From Cyanophora paradoxa CCMP329 (Eukaryota; Plantae; Glaucophyta): a DNA stretch of 64,000 nucleotides. The notes beneath the pieces are model-generated. The model saw nothing but the letters and a program-made list of their open reading frames with translations. It searched no databases and was not told where the DNA came from. Position numbers and translations under genes: made by a program. The DNA is taken from NCBI GenBank assembly GCA_004431415.1, contig QPMI01000416.1, positions 620,001 to 684,000 of the forward strand. The letters run 5' to 3'. The first letter of the stretch is position 1; each line of letters begins with the position of its first letter. Below, one piece after another: positions 48,568 to 62,500 of this stretch.

Positions 48568-49354
48568 GTAACGCCCCGAGAGCGGGCCTGGTCTCTTAGG
48601 TAACCGTAGTTTATGGTAGACGTACACAGCACTTAAACCATGAAAAGCTAGCTATTTCAACCGTTGTATTTATTGTCTTAGTCAGATCCCCTGTATCGGA
48701 ATGCGATTTTATGCGCGCGCAATCGAATTCGAAGCGCCGAATTGCATGCATAATCATGAGCTGTAGCTATATATAGCCGCAGCTGGCGATCACGAGAAGA
48801 GGAGCCGGCAGTACCCGGCACTGCTGCAGTGCCGCCTCACGGCTCCACGATGGCTCGACCGACTCCGAACTCCGAAGTTCGGATCCGGATCCGGATCCGC
48901 CGATCATGAACCGACCGACGACCGACGGTGCGCAGAATGAACCAGTTTCATTTTTTTTCTCAAGATGAACCAGTTTTCATGTTTTGAAATATTTGGTTTT
49001 TCACTGTTCGCGCCCTTCAGCTGGCCAATCAGCGCTACGTTCACTAGGGCTAGCGTCGAGGCGGCCGGGCGCCGTGAGCTCGAGCAAGCTGCAGGCTACA
49101 GTTGCAGTTCGCGCGCGCGCTGGCCATGGACTGCGCACGCGGCATCGCAATTATTGAATTGATCAAGCTGCTGAGCTCAGCGGCTCTAGCTCCAGCCGCG
49201 CCGCTGAGCTCGAGACCAGTTGTGACCCCAAGCTTGAAGGCTGCAAGCTTCATGATCAGACTTCAGCCGCTGAGCGCGCAGGGCGCTCTAGATCTAGTCT
49301 GGGAGGAAGCGGTAGATCTAGAGCCGTGCGCGCTGCAAAGCAGAGCGCTCGAAG

Positions 49355-52300
49355 ATGGCCTCGACGGCGGGGGCGCACGTCCGCGCGCGTGCGCTTCGCT
49401 TGGCGCCGACCGTTGTGACCGCTGCAGCACTGCTCTCCGTCTTTGCGCTGTCTTGTGCGCTGCAGCTGCAGCCGGCCGTCGGCGAGCATTCGCGGAGTGC
49501 GCACATTGATGCCGATGTGTCGCCGACGCGTATGCACGCGCATGCGGCTGCCGAGGCTCCGGCAGCGGGCTTTGCAGTTGATTGTGCTCCCGAATTCGCT
49601 TCAACATTCTGCCACCGACCTTCTGCAGCTGCGCCTGGGCCTTCCGCGGGCTCCGGGTCCCATGGCCAGGATTCGGACGCCGAATTCGAAGTCGACTCCA
49701 CTCTAGATCTGAGCGAATTCGATGGAGCGGCCGCAGAGGACCCGAGCTCCGAGGAAGCGGACACGGGGAGGACGGATCGGGAGGAGCCCTCGACAGCCTA
49801 CACATACAATTTCCCCATCGCGTCTCGCGGCCTGCTGCAGGTTGCGCAGACCTCTTTCAACGCATTCCCCTCGCTTCTGACACGGATCTCGGTTCGTCGA
49901 GCCCCGCCTATAGCTAGAATTAATATTTGCACAATCGCAAGCTCTTAGCCCACTGAAACAAATGCGTTCGCAGGGAAGCCTCTCGGGCCAGGGCGTCACG
50001 GTCCTTCGTTCAACATCGACGATCTGCAGAGACGGCGACACAAACGACTGCTGGAACGATTACATCGAGGTACAATACATATGTGCAGAAAATCCTACCA
50101 CTGCATGTACAGAACTTGGCAATAATTGTGCGCAGTTTCTCAGCCGCACCACATCTCCAGGCCGCTCGGTCACCAATTTCCGCGTCCCGCTGCCCTCCGG
50201 CGTTTCCGGCGCGTCACTCACGTCGGCATCCGTGACCGTGCGCGTTCGAGGTGCGCACAACGAGCTGAGAGTCCGCAGAATTATCTTCTAGCTCCTTTTT
50301 GCAATTAAGCCATTGATGGCACGATTATTTTTAGGTCACGCGATCTCGTTTGTTCGCTGGACGTGGTCGATCCTGAACGTCAACACCGGGGCTTACCTCG
50401 TCATCGGCGATAACTCGGCACTCCCCAGCTGGTACCGCCCAAGCTGTATTCAATCGCCGGCGCGAGCTTCAAGTTTAATTTCAAGGGTGATTTAACGTGC
50501 TCGTGGTTATCGATTGCAGGCGCTGGGCGCGGCTCACATTCAACATTCCGGCGCCCTTCTCGCGCTTCGTCAACCCCACCACTCGTGCTATTACCATCCG
50601 CCAGCAGGCCGCATGTGCGTGTGGACGACAGAATGTTAGATTAAAGTTTTTCGATTGAATGTCTCTCTGGGCGATCTCGCATCCGCAATATGTTTATGTA
50701 ACGCGCATTGTTGCAGCGGGCGTGAACGCAGAGCTGCTGGTGGATCTGACGCAGGTGGTCTTTACTACGGGCGCCGTAGTATCCCCGCCGACGACGCCCC
50801 CGCCCGTGACGCCTCCGACGGCGACGCCAACAACGCCGCCCGTCGTGCCGCCCGCACCAACGACGTCCCCCGTCGTGCCGCCGCCTCCGCCGCCGCCGCC
50901 ACCGACCACCCCTCCGCCCACGACGACGACAACAGTCACGAAGCAGCTCGTGTTCAGCGCCGCCAGCGCCGCCGGGGCGCAGCCCATGAAAGGCATGGCT
51001 TAGCTAAAGTGCTACCTTCATCTTTTTTGTTCTGCTGTAATGCTCTGCCTTTTGCAGGGTGGGTGCAATTTTGGCCTTATACGGCGTCCTCCGCGGTGTC
51101 AGGTGTCTTCAGCACACTGGAGCTCACGTACGGTGCTCGCGCTTTTCTATTGAATCAAATCTAAAGAGGATTTGAATTGTTAAGAACGCATGAATCTTCA
51201 TGCATTAGTTCCCCTCCGCGACGTGGTGCTGGGAACTTCGACGTACAATTGGACCGCCTTGGAGTTCATTTTGAACGACGTCGCCTCCCGGGGCCGGCAG
51301 GTGCGGTGCTCATGATGATCAGCATATTCAGTGGCCTCGACCGCCGAAGATAATGCTTTACGCTGGCTTAGCGAGCTCGCTATCTTCGCAGGCCATCGTT
51401 CGCTTTTACATGGACTATCCTGGGCGTCCATCTGCGATTCCTCAGTTCCTCCTTGAGGCGGGAGTGCCAACGTTCTCGCACTCTTTCTTTGGGTCTGGAT
51501 CGAGCCCCGACTTCAACAACGCGCTTCTCCAGGCGCGGCCGCGACCGGACTTCTTGGCTTTTCTTTTTGAATTTACTTTATGCTCCGCGGTGTTCGATTG
51601 TGTCTGCATTTAATTTACTCGAGTTCTGCTTTGGCTCGCAGACGACGCTGCTTAACTTCATCGCGGCGTGGGGGGCCCGGAGCGATGGAGATCCTCGCAT
51701 AGGAACGATCCAGCTGGGCCTCATTGGTGTGCATTCGTTTATGAATGAATATGTTTGATCCTGGTTTTTTAATTGAGCCCCGCGCAGGGTTCTGGGGCGA
51801 GTGGCACACGGTTCGAATTCGCTCACAATACGATTGCAATATATTTCTGGCCGCGGCCGCGGCTGCTACTTTTATTTAATTCGATGTACATCTGATCATA
51901 ATCATGAAAATTCCGCAGTTCCCGGCGCCCTCGCAGTTCGACATTCCACAGTCTCTCAAGGACGCAATCGCGCGCGCTTACACGCAGGCAAGTACATAAT
52001 TATAATAGCTAAAATGCCGCTTCGACCTAAGATTCGCGTGCACTTTCAATTTCATTTTAAACGTTTGGTCTCCCTGGTAATCGTGGTGATTTGAAGTTTT
52101 GTGAATGTAACATCGGAGCCTCTAGAATTTTATTTTTTTGTTTTCAGATATGCAATGCTTTTTTATATTTACACTAAGAGATTCGCGAGAAAATGTGCTT
52201 AGAAACTGTTTGGTTTCTCAATCCCTGCAGGCTTTCTCGACAACTCTGCTCGCTGCGCCAGGGCCGACGAACGTTCCGGCGAACGTTCCTCTCGGCTTCC

Positions 52301-53618
52301 ATCACGACTCCTTTGGTGCGTCAATAATATAACATTGAATCTTAAGCATCCCGCTGGTTTTTTATTAAGCGAGCGATACTCGGGCAAGTTTAATCTTAAT
52401 CTGATTGAAATAACGTTAATCTTGAGCTTCCCGCTCTTTGCTTATCGATCGACCGATGCTCGCGATCGGCGCAGTTTACGAGACACTCGACGATGGCCGC
52501 TCGTGGACGTTCCTAACGCTCCTGCGCACGGCGGGCCTTCCGGAGCGATGGAGGACAGAGATCATCGGCGGCGAAGTATTTCCGGATTATCAGGTAGGGT
52601 GTTTATTTCTTGCAGCGCCTTGATCTTTCCTTTTTCATGTACTTGATGATCGTGTACTGAGAGCAACGTTGCCTTGCAATGGACGTCGATCAGACTTCGA
52701 TTTGGAACGCCGATCCCGCGGCTGGCCCCAACGGCGCCCGCCTCGACACGTGAGCGCAGTCGCCAATAAAAATGCCGAAAAGCTGATATACGATCGCAAG
52801 CTTAAGCGGGATTTCTTTGCGAGCTGATGTCCGGATTGCAGTTGTACCCAGCTGACGCACGCTTCGTGGATGGTTAATCAGCGCGCATTCCAGAATGCGT
52901 TCACAACATCTTTCTGGTCACCTAGCACTGTCTGCACCCCGTCGTTCTATAATATATGGTCCTATCTCTCTTCGAGCTTGCTGATCATTCCTCGAGCAGA
53001 TCGCCCGCATCAATGCGGCCGGCGCGAGCTTCGGATACAACCTGCACGCCAGCGTCGCGACCTTCCCCTCGCGGCTCAGCCGAACGTCGGCGATGCCGGT
53101 CACCCTCTCGATTGAGAACCGCGGGGTGAGGCTCTGATATTGATGTCGCGTCCTGCGCGGCCTCGTCGGATTAAATTTAACATCTTTTGAACGCGCAGGT
53201 GGCGCCCTTCTACTACCGGCGAGCGCGAAGTATTTCTAGTATTTTCCCCCGCGCGTTTCTGACATCCGTCGACGTCGCAGCTGGCAGGTCGAATTCGCGC
53301 TCCGGACAGCCGCGGGCAGCGTCGCCTTCTCCTGGCCCGTGGACTGGGACGTGCGTTTGCTTCACATATATTCGGCTCCTGCCGCCGCCGCCGATCGACC
53401 CGCGACCCATGGCCACTGCGCAGATCCGCACCGTCCTGCCGGGCCCCGCGGTCACCTTCGCGGCCTCCCTCGGGCCGGTCGGGACGGGCGTCCCCGGGGG
53501 CTCGTACACCCTCTCGCTGCGAGTGGTCAACCCGCTCGCGAACGGCTTCCCGCTCTGCTTCGCGAACGCCGAGCAGGACGGGCCCTGGCTCTCCATCGAG
53601 TCTCTTTCTCTGGCTTGA
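49355..53618 (+). CDS. Secreted DUF4832-type glycoside hydrolase-like protein with N-terminal beta-sandwich module and Pro/Thr linker, copy 1
   Basis: Signal peptide, then QPMKGW, YNWTALEFILNDVASRGRQAIVRFYMDYPG, FIAAWGARSDGDPRIG, GFWGEWHT, GFHHDSF, IGGEVFPDYQ, IENRGVAPFYYRW and LRVVNPL..GFPL.FAN. Confidence 0.8.
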
Positions 53619-54880
53619 TAGGTTTCTCAGCTGCAGCTGCAGTCTCTGATTCTGATCATGACTATCATATGCATGATCATATAGCTATAGTGAAGATGGT
53701 TCCGGCCGGATCCGACCATAGTATACACTGTGACAGCTCATTGCCCGCTCAGAGGTCTTGATGCTGATAACGAATATTTGCAATATTTACGAAATTCAGT
53801 GTACGGTTATTCAGTGGTTATTATACCGTTGGCTCGTTGGTTCGAATTGCATTATTTTTTGGGGGGGGGGGAGGGGGCAGGGGTGGGCGGGGAGGGATAG
53901 AGAGAGAAGATGGTCCGACGGTCGTTTTGCAGCGGTGCGAAAAAGGGCCTTCAGTGGTTATTATCATAGTATACCGAATACTGAATAACGATTGCTGCGG
54001 AATACTGAATATCGAATCGCTGTCAATGGTTCCTTGGGTGGGGGGGGGGGGGAATAGAAGTGGGAGGGGGGCAGGTGAGGAGGGGCAGAGAGACGTTTTT
54101 GCAAAAGTGGACGTCGCATTAAGAACACCACGGCACAAGTCCTATAGCTAATGTCCTGATTGACGCGATTGGGAGGGGGGCGGGTGAGGGGGGGCAGAGA
54201 GAGGATGGCCCTTTTTGCAACAGCGCGAAAAAGGGCCTGGTCTTTTCTCGAAATAGTGAGCGTCTCATTCAATGATTATATAATTAGAAATAATTATCGT
54301 CCTGAGTCGACGCGTTCTTCCGGGCGAATCAGCGCATAATTGAACCGATCGAAGAGGAAGTGCCGGCGCATCATTGAACCAATCTCGATACCGCCGGGCC
54401 GGTTCGACTATCGAAAGTGGTTGCGAATATTGCAGCCGATTGATTCATGCACGAAATGTGATGTGGGTTTGATGTTGACGTCGACTAAAACCTTTTTGTG
54501 CTGGTTCACGAAACCCGGTGACCTCCAATATCTAGTTCTAATTCTGAAGTCTAGTTCTAGTTCTAGTTCAACATCAGCGATTGCAGCCACGCCACAATTT
54601 CGCAAGTGGTTTGTTTACGAACCCCACGAGCTCGCGACTCGGCGAGCTCGAGCTTCATGATCAGCAGCGCGTGCAGCAGCGCAGGGCGCACTCGCGCCGC
54701 GGCGATCGTGACAGCAGATATACGAGCGCTTCAGTCGGCTAGGCTGCGAGCTCGAGGTAGCATGCGCAGTCGCCGAGCCGCACTGCATGCGCAAACGTTA
54801 ACGCAGAGCAAGATCTAGACTGAGATCTAGAGCGCTCGCGATACAACAGGTTATAATTAGGCCCGAGGGTCGACGTCTCG

Positions 54881-57800
54881 ATGGCCGGCGCGTGCGGCCG
54901 TACGCGTACGCGTACGCGCGCTCATTGCCTTGCGCCAGCCCTCGTGACAGCTGCAGCACTGCTCGCCGTCTTTGCTCTGTCTTGTGCGCATGCACTGCAG
55001 CTGCAGCCGGCCGCGGCCGCCGGGCCGCAGTCGCAGAGTGCACAGATCGACGTCGACGCCGATGCGTCGCCGGCACATGCAGCTGAGGTCGCCGCCAACG
55101 ACGTCACGTCCGGCTCGCAAGAAGCTGTGAACGAAGCGGACAATCACTGCACGCTCACCTCTTGTCCCCAACGCTCAAATTATGACGTCGACAAGGCTGA
55201 GATCGACGTGTCGTCAATTGCAACAGACGCTGCAGCTGGGGGCGGCGAGGGCTCGGAGGAGCCGAGAACGCGGGCGTCTGAAGCCTACGTATACAGCTTC
55301 CCCCCGAAATCTCGTGGGCTGCTGCAGGTTGCGCAGGCCACTTCCAACGCGTTCCCCTCGATTCTGACACGGATCTCGGTTCGTTGAACCTGACGCGGAT
55401 CTCGGTTCTCTAGCCTGCCCGAGCTCGAGCTCGCGCAAACATGTGCATTCGCAGGGAAGCCTCTCAGGCCAGGGCCTCACGGTCCTTCGTTCAGCGTCAA
55501 CGATCTGCAGAGACGGTGACACAAACGACTGCTGGAACGATTACATCGAGGTACAATACATATGTGCAGCAAATTTTACCGCTGCACGTACACAGCTTGA
55601 CAATAACTCATGATTGTGCGCAGTTTCTCAGCCGCACCACATCTCCAGGCCGCTCGGTCACCAATTTCCGCGTCCCGCTGCCCGCCGGCGTTTCCGGCGC
55701 GTCGCTCACGTCGGCATCCGTGACAGTGCGCGTTCGAGGTGTGCGCTATAGCTATAGATCTAGATAATCCGATTATTCCCCAGGCCAGAATGAATATGAT
55801 CAGTCATGATCATGAGCAGGGCATGGAATTTCATACGTTCGCTGGACATGGTCACTCCTAAACGTAAACACCGGAGCTTATGACATCATCGGAAATAACT
55901 CGGCACTGCCCGACTGGTACTTTGCAGGACTATCTATAGCTAGTCTCGTTGCCACTTCAAATTGTTGGTTATGTAGTATATACTTTTCTGTCGACTGTGC
56001 GCAGGCGCTGGGCGCGACTCACATTCAACATTCCGGCGCCCTTCTCGCGCTTCGTCAACCCCACCACTCGAGCCATCACCATCCGCCAACAGGCCGCATG
56101 TGCGCAAACAAAGGCAACATGAATAAACTACTATTCATAACTTCTCCCTGCAATTTCGAGCTGACTTCTCTATTAATATTGTGCTTTGCGCAGCGGGAGT
56201 GAACGCAGAGCTGCTGCTGGATTTAATGCAGGTGTCCTTTGCAACAGGAACAGTCGCGCCCCCGACGCCGACCCCGCCGCCCGCTGTGCCGCCGACGCCG
56301 ACCCCGACCGTTGTGCCCCCGACGCCGACCCCGACCGTTGCGCCCCCGACGCCGACGCCGACCGTTGTGCCCCCGACGCCAACGCCACTTATCATACCCC
56401 CGTCGCCGACCCCGACCGTTGTGCCGCCGTCGCCGACTCCGCCCGTTGTGCCGCCGTCACCGACCCCGACCGTTGTGCCGCCGTCGCCGACTCCGCCCGT
56501 TGTGCCGCCGTCACCGACCCCGACCGTTGTGCTGCCGACGCCGACCCCGTCCCCTGTGCCCCCGACGCCGACCCCGACCGTTGTGCCCCCGACGCCGACC
56601 CCGTCCCCTGTGCCCCCGACGCCGACCCCGACCGTTGTGCCGCCGACGCCGACGTCGACGCCGCTCGTCGTGCCCCCGACACCGACGCCGCCACTTTCGA
56701 CCACGATCATCACGAAGCAGCTGAATTTCAGCGCTGCGAGCGCCTCTGGGGCACAGCCAATGAAAGGCATGTGCATGTTTGTGTTGAATCTTATGATCAT
56801 GTTGCTTTCACGTCCCATTCATTACTCAGGAATTCACCTGCAATATTAATGGCCAATTAACGTCTTCTGTTTTTGCGATCGCAGGCTGGGCCCAGTATTG
56901 GCCTTACACCGCTTCAGTCGCTGAATCAGGAGTGTTCTGCACGCTGGACCATGTGATGGGTCCGTAAGTTCCTTATCCGTGAACGATCTAGATTCTCTAT
57001 ATAGCTATCTGGAGAACTCACATATTTTGCATGGCCGTGCTTTATATTGATACACTTGCTTTGAATCAGTTCCCCTCCGAAACGTGGTGTTTGGGGTTTC
57101 GACGTACAACTGGAACGCTTTGGAGTCGATCCTGAACGACGTCGCCTCCAGGGGCCTGCAGGTGCGTTAAAACTCTTCACACACAAGTGCTGATAATCAC
57201 TCATCTCTAAAGAAATGGAGATTGCTGATAATAATAATGGCGCTTCGAGCGCCTGATTTCCGCGAACCCCTGATCTCTGCAGGCCATCGTTCGCTTCTAC
57301 ATGGACTATCCTGGGCGCGAGACAGGGATCCCTCAGTTCCTTCTCGATGCGGGGCTTCCAACGTTTCTGCACACTTATTATAGCGATATCGATAATCCTG
57401 CACTGAGCCCCGACTACAATAACGCACTTCTCAAGGCGCGGCCCGCGGGCGTTGAATTTAAAATCTTGGCCTTCTTGTTTAAATTCCCGGTAGCATTCAA
57501 GGTTCCTTATTTTGTTAACACGTGCGCGTTCGGGTTGCAGACGACGCTGCTGAACTTCATTGCGGCGTGGGGGGCGCGGAGCGACGGAGATCCTCGCATA
57601 GGAACGATCCAGTTAGGCCTCGTTGGTGCATTCAATTCATTTGCATCGTGAATGCATGGTCGTTTGGGTTTTATACCTTCCCGCGCAGGGTTCTGGGGCG
57701 AGTGGCACACGGTTCGAAATACGCTATACTTTTCTGAATTCTCTCAGCTCGTGGCGCGATTAATTAATTTCGATCTTTTTCACAGTACCCCGCGCCCTCG

Positions 57801-59207
57801 CGGTACGACGTTCCACAGACGCTCAAGGATGAAATCGCACGCGCTTACGTTCAGGCGAGCGACAATCATTACAACATTAATGCCGCCTTTTTCTTAGTGC
57901 TGGTGGTCTCTCTTGCGTAAAACTTTAACGTGACGTAATGATTTCCAATAGGCGTTTTCGACAACTCTACTCGCTGTAGCAGGGCCTGCCAATGTGCCGA
58001 CAAGCGTATCCGTTGGCTTTCATGATGACTCCTTTGGTACGTGATGCATATAGAGAAACGAGAAACGATAGCTGAAAGAGAATTCAAACGCATTGCAATA
58101 CATACCTGCGCCGCATTCGTTAATGATTCTTGCTATTTTTTTAAGTGTTTGAGACGCTGGATGATGGGCGCGATTATACGTTCCTCGCCGTTTTGCGTGC
58201 CGAGGGGCTTCTACATCGCTGGCGGACGGAAATCATCGGCGGCGAAATCTACCCCGACTATCAGGCAAGTAAATTAACTATTATATCTTAAAACGAGGCT
58301 CTAGTACACTAGTCTTGCAATGACGACGATTTCAACAGATCTCAATCTGGAGCAGAAACCCACCGGCGGGATCCAACGGTGCCCGCCTTGATACGTGAGC
58401 GCAAAGGACAATGAATATCAATAATTTTGGATGATTCTTTTCTTTACGGATTGCAGCTGCATCGAGCTGGCGCACGCTTCATGGATGCTGAATCAGCGTG
58501 CATTTGAGAACGCTTTTACGCCATCGTTTTGGTCGCCCACGACTGTTCGTCCCAATGTTGCGAATTCGCTTTTAAAATGCTCCTTTGTCATCAGTCCGCG
58601 AGCAGATCGCCCGGATCAACGCGGCCGGCGCGAGCTTCGGATACAACCTGCACGCCAGCGTCGCGACGTTCCCCTCGCGGCTCAGCCGAACTTCGGCGAT
58701 GCCAGTCACCCTCTCGATCGAGAACCGCGGGGTGAGGCTCTGATATTGATGTCGCGTCCTGCGCGGCCTCGTGGGATTAAATTTAACATCTTTCGAGCGC
58801 AGGTGGCACCCTTCTACTACCGGCGAGCGAGAAATTCGAATACTCGCCCCCGCGCGTTTCTGACATCCCTCGCAGGTGGCAGGTCGAATTCGCGCTCCGG
58901 ACAGCCGCGGGCGGCGTCGCCTTTTCCTGGCCCGTGGACTGGGACGTGCGTTCGCTCCACGCATATTTGGCTCCTGCTGCTGCTTAGTCGCTTCGGACCT
59001 GTTGCTCAGATCCGCACTGTCCTGCCGGGCCCCGCGGTCAGCTTCGCGGCCTCCCTCGGGCCGGTCGGGACGGGCGTCCCGGGGAGCTTGTACGCCCTCT
59101 CGCTGCGGGTCGTCAACCCGCTCACGAACGGCTTCCCGCTCCGCTTCGCGAACGCGGAGCAGGACGGGCCCTGGCTTGCAATCAGTACTCTCCCTCTCGA
59201 TACCTAA
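54881..59207 (+). CDS. Secreted DUF4832-type glycoside hydrolase-like protein, copy 2 (longer Pro/Thr linker)
   Basis: Colinear exon-by-exon paralog of 49355-53618 with the same motifs, ending PLRFANAEQDGPWLAISTLPLDT*. Confidence 0.8.
56257..56690 (+). repeat. Coding minisatellite, 27-bp unit (PP[T/S]PTPTVV), about 16 copies
   Basis: Repeated ccgacgccgaccccgaccgttgtgcc units within ORF 56181-56849. Confidence 0.92.
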
Positions 59208-59579
59208 TCCCGATATTGACATCGCGTATATATTGGATTATAAGCTTGCATAGTTTCTGTCGATTTATTCCGATTAGCCTGCAAATGAACGTTGCGCTTG
59301 TACTGCCATTGGATTGCACCATGATACGGGCCGCCTCAAAACCGTCTGCATCTGGACCTCCAAGTAGGAGGACACTGCTAAGCTGCCTCGGCCATGGCCA
59401 GTCGTGACGCGCTGCAGTTGGTCAGCGGCGACTCGTCTGGCCCGATTCAAGTTAAATTAACGATGCATCGCGAATCATGCAATTTTAATCTGTGATCACT
59501 GATCATGAAAATGATCATGATCATCATGACATAGGCGAAACTATCAAGTGAGAGCTTGCGACCGGGGAAAACTGTGATT

Positions 59580-62500
59580 TCAGGGATTCGTCCCAGAATA
59601 GTAGCTATATAGAAGCTTGAGTGAACAAGAAAGTGAATTCGAAATCGTACAACAAATCTGCCCCGCCACGCATCGGAGGCAGGCCGACGACTCGACCGCG
59701 AAGAGGGCGTAGGCCTCGCCGAGGCTGTAGTCGATGGAGACGGTCCCGTCGGCGTTCGTGCGGAACGGCACGGCGGCGAACTCCGGCTGTCCGAAGGTCG
59801 CCGCCCGGACGGCGGTCACGGGGCCCCACGTCCGCACGTTGAGCGCTGCGCGTGCCGCGCGCGCGTCAGTCGTTTGTAACTTACAGTAAAGCAATTTAAA
59901 GCCGGCACAGTTATGATCAGTGCGCCGAGCGTAATACGATAAGGGAAGACCTTCAGACCAGCGCCTCGTGCTAATACCTTAAGGGTTAAAACTCTTCTCC
60001 TCGTTTTGTTCCAATTAAGCTCTCAACGTAATATCTCTGAGCGCACTGAAGAAGGCGGAGTCGGAGACGAAGTCCTGTAAGAGTGCTAAAAGAGTACGTT
60101 AAGATATAAAAGCTATTCGTCTCGTTTTGATTCAAGCTCTTCTCATAGTGCAATATTTCTGAACGCACTGAAGAAGGCGGAGTCGGAGACGAAGTCCGGC
60201 GAGGCGGTCCGCTGGGCGGGGCGCCCGACGTACTGCGTGACCTGCGCGCACAGAGTTTATGAAGATGACACGCGTAAAAATAGTAATAGTAACATATAAG
60301 TACTCGTGGCATAAGCATGTTATTCGAGCAATGACCTAGGCGGGGCTAGCACTGGCATGACGGATCGACGGATCGACAGCTAGCTTTAATAGCTAGCTTT
60401 AACGGATCGGATCGACGGAGGGTGGCTGGAGGCGCCGGCGGGGCGGGGCGGGGCGCGCCTGGAGGACCATGGTGTTGGGGTCGGAGGCGATGGTCGCCTC
60501 GAGGTGCACGCGCCGGTCCGACGCCGCGCTCACCCGCGCCCACGAGAAGCCAGCCTGCGCGGGCGCGCGAATGGCCGGGGCCGTCGACGGGCGCGCGAAA
60601 TCGTTGAAGAGAAGCTTAGAACGTTTGGAGCGCAACTCAAAAAGCTTAAGCTTAGACCGCGAAAAGCTTGAGCTTTGGGCGATTGGAGGGCACCTGGAGG
60701 GCGGGGGCGGAGAGCGTGTTGTAGAGCGGAGAGCGGGGGGCGAAATCGTTGCGGAGCTCGAAAAACTTAATCTTAGGAGGGCGGGGCTACAGCTTAAGCT
60801 TAAGCTTAATCTTTAGCTTAAGCTAGATGTAGCTTAGCTTAAGTAAGCTACATTTAGAGCACCTGGAGGGCGGGGGCGGAGAGGGTGTTGTAGAGGGCGG
60901 TGCCGGGGAGGCCCGAGCCCATGTAGGCGCGCCCGGGCTCGTCCCGGAAGTAGTAGAGGCCCCGCGGCCGCACCTGCGCGAACCGTTGAACATCGCGTTG
61001 ACATAAATCTTAAGTTCGGGCGAACATCGCGTAACTATATATATTAAGTTCGGGCGATCGCGCATGTAACATGGACATATATATAAATGCAGTGTACATG
61101 TCAGCATACTTAATTTGATGGTCGGGCGATCAAATATTGCGCACGGAAGAGGGAGGGAAGAGTTGAGCTGGGGCGGCAGCCGCCGTGGTGAAGCCGAGCA
61201 GATCCGAGAGCGCGAGCGACGCCCGCGTGTCGCCGAACTCTGCGGTCGTTCGAACGCCTGTGGTCAGCGTCTCGAGTTTCGCGCGCGCCCTCCATTATAT
61301 ATAATTACGCCTTAAATGCGCCAGAATCTTGCGCGATTATATCTTCAAGTAGCTTGGAGTTTTCTATCAGTTGCAGCGCGAAGCGCACCGTTGAGGGCGG
61401 TGGGGCGGCGGCCGGTGAGGACGGCGGCGCCGCCGGCGGCGACAAAGGCGCGGATACCCGCCGCCTCTGCGTCCGACACCGCCTGCAGCTGCGGGAAGTA
61501 GACCACCTGGGCGCAAAAAGTTGGCAGGACCTAGACCAAGATAAAATATCCCCACTTAGGTTTATGGTATGGGCCGAACGATCAAGCTTATATCCATTGC
61601 AAGCTTCGCGCCTCATTAGAACTATATTTATTCCACTATGTGGCAAGGGTCGCGATCGGGCGCACGCGGTAGCGGAGGAGGTCGGCGGGCTCGGTCGCGC
61701 CGGCGAGGAGGACGTCGAACGGGATGCCGGCGTGCAGCAGCGCCTTGACCTGCGGCGGAGCGCGCGGCAGGCGGGCGCGGCTGGCGTTCGGGAAGGCGCC
61801 CGGGCTGGGGTGGGGCGGGGCGGGGCGGGGCGGGGCGGGGCGGGTGCGCACGACGCCGCGGTACTCGCCGAGGTACGTGTCCGAATAGCAGTCGCCCGCC
61901 TCGTCGAACTGCGAGGCGGAGCGAAGAGTCGGTCGCTAGCGGCTCGAATTCCGAAGATATGTACCGAAGCCTCCGAGCAGTAGCGCCCATAGTTCGTCAG
62001 AGAGCTGCGGCAGCGGATGTTGGGCTACCCATGAATGCGAAGGCAGCGTCTAATATTATATGATACTGGTTTCGCGAGAGGGGCGCCAATTTTCACGCGG
62101 TTCGAATTCCCGAGACGTACCCCTCAATGAAGTCTCGAGTAGGGCCAGAGTAGTACACGGCCACCTGAGCAGGGGCTTAGTACGGCCGCGGGCTGCAGAA
62201 TGCCATATCTAATTCCGGACAACGTAAACGCACTTGGGCGAGGGAGCGGCGAGTGCCGGACCCGTAGATGAGAGCCTCGTGCTTTGCAATGAAGCTGTAC
62301 GCCTGCGCAGCAGTGGCGGCAACGTTAACGAGTTAAAGTTAAATCAAGTCAAGAAAAATCATTGCTAGCCGAAAAAGCGGCCTCAACATTCAACGGCCAT
62401 TTAATTAATTATACCCAAGTCGAGAAAAGGCGGTCGAAGCAGAAATGTTTAATGTGCGCACCTGCCGGCGGAAGGCGGACCCGATGCCGCCGTCCTTCGC

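Noticed and set aside
56186-56860. ORFs with DADPDRCA or poly-Arg repeats
   Set aside because: They are alternative frames of the Pro/Thr linker minisatellite.
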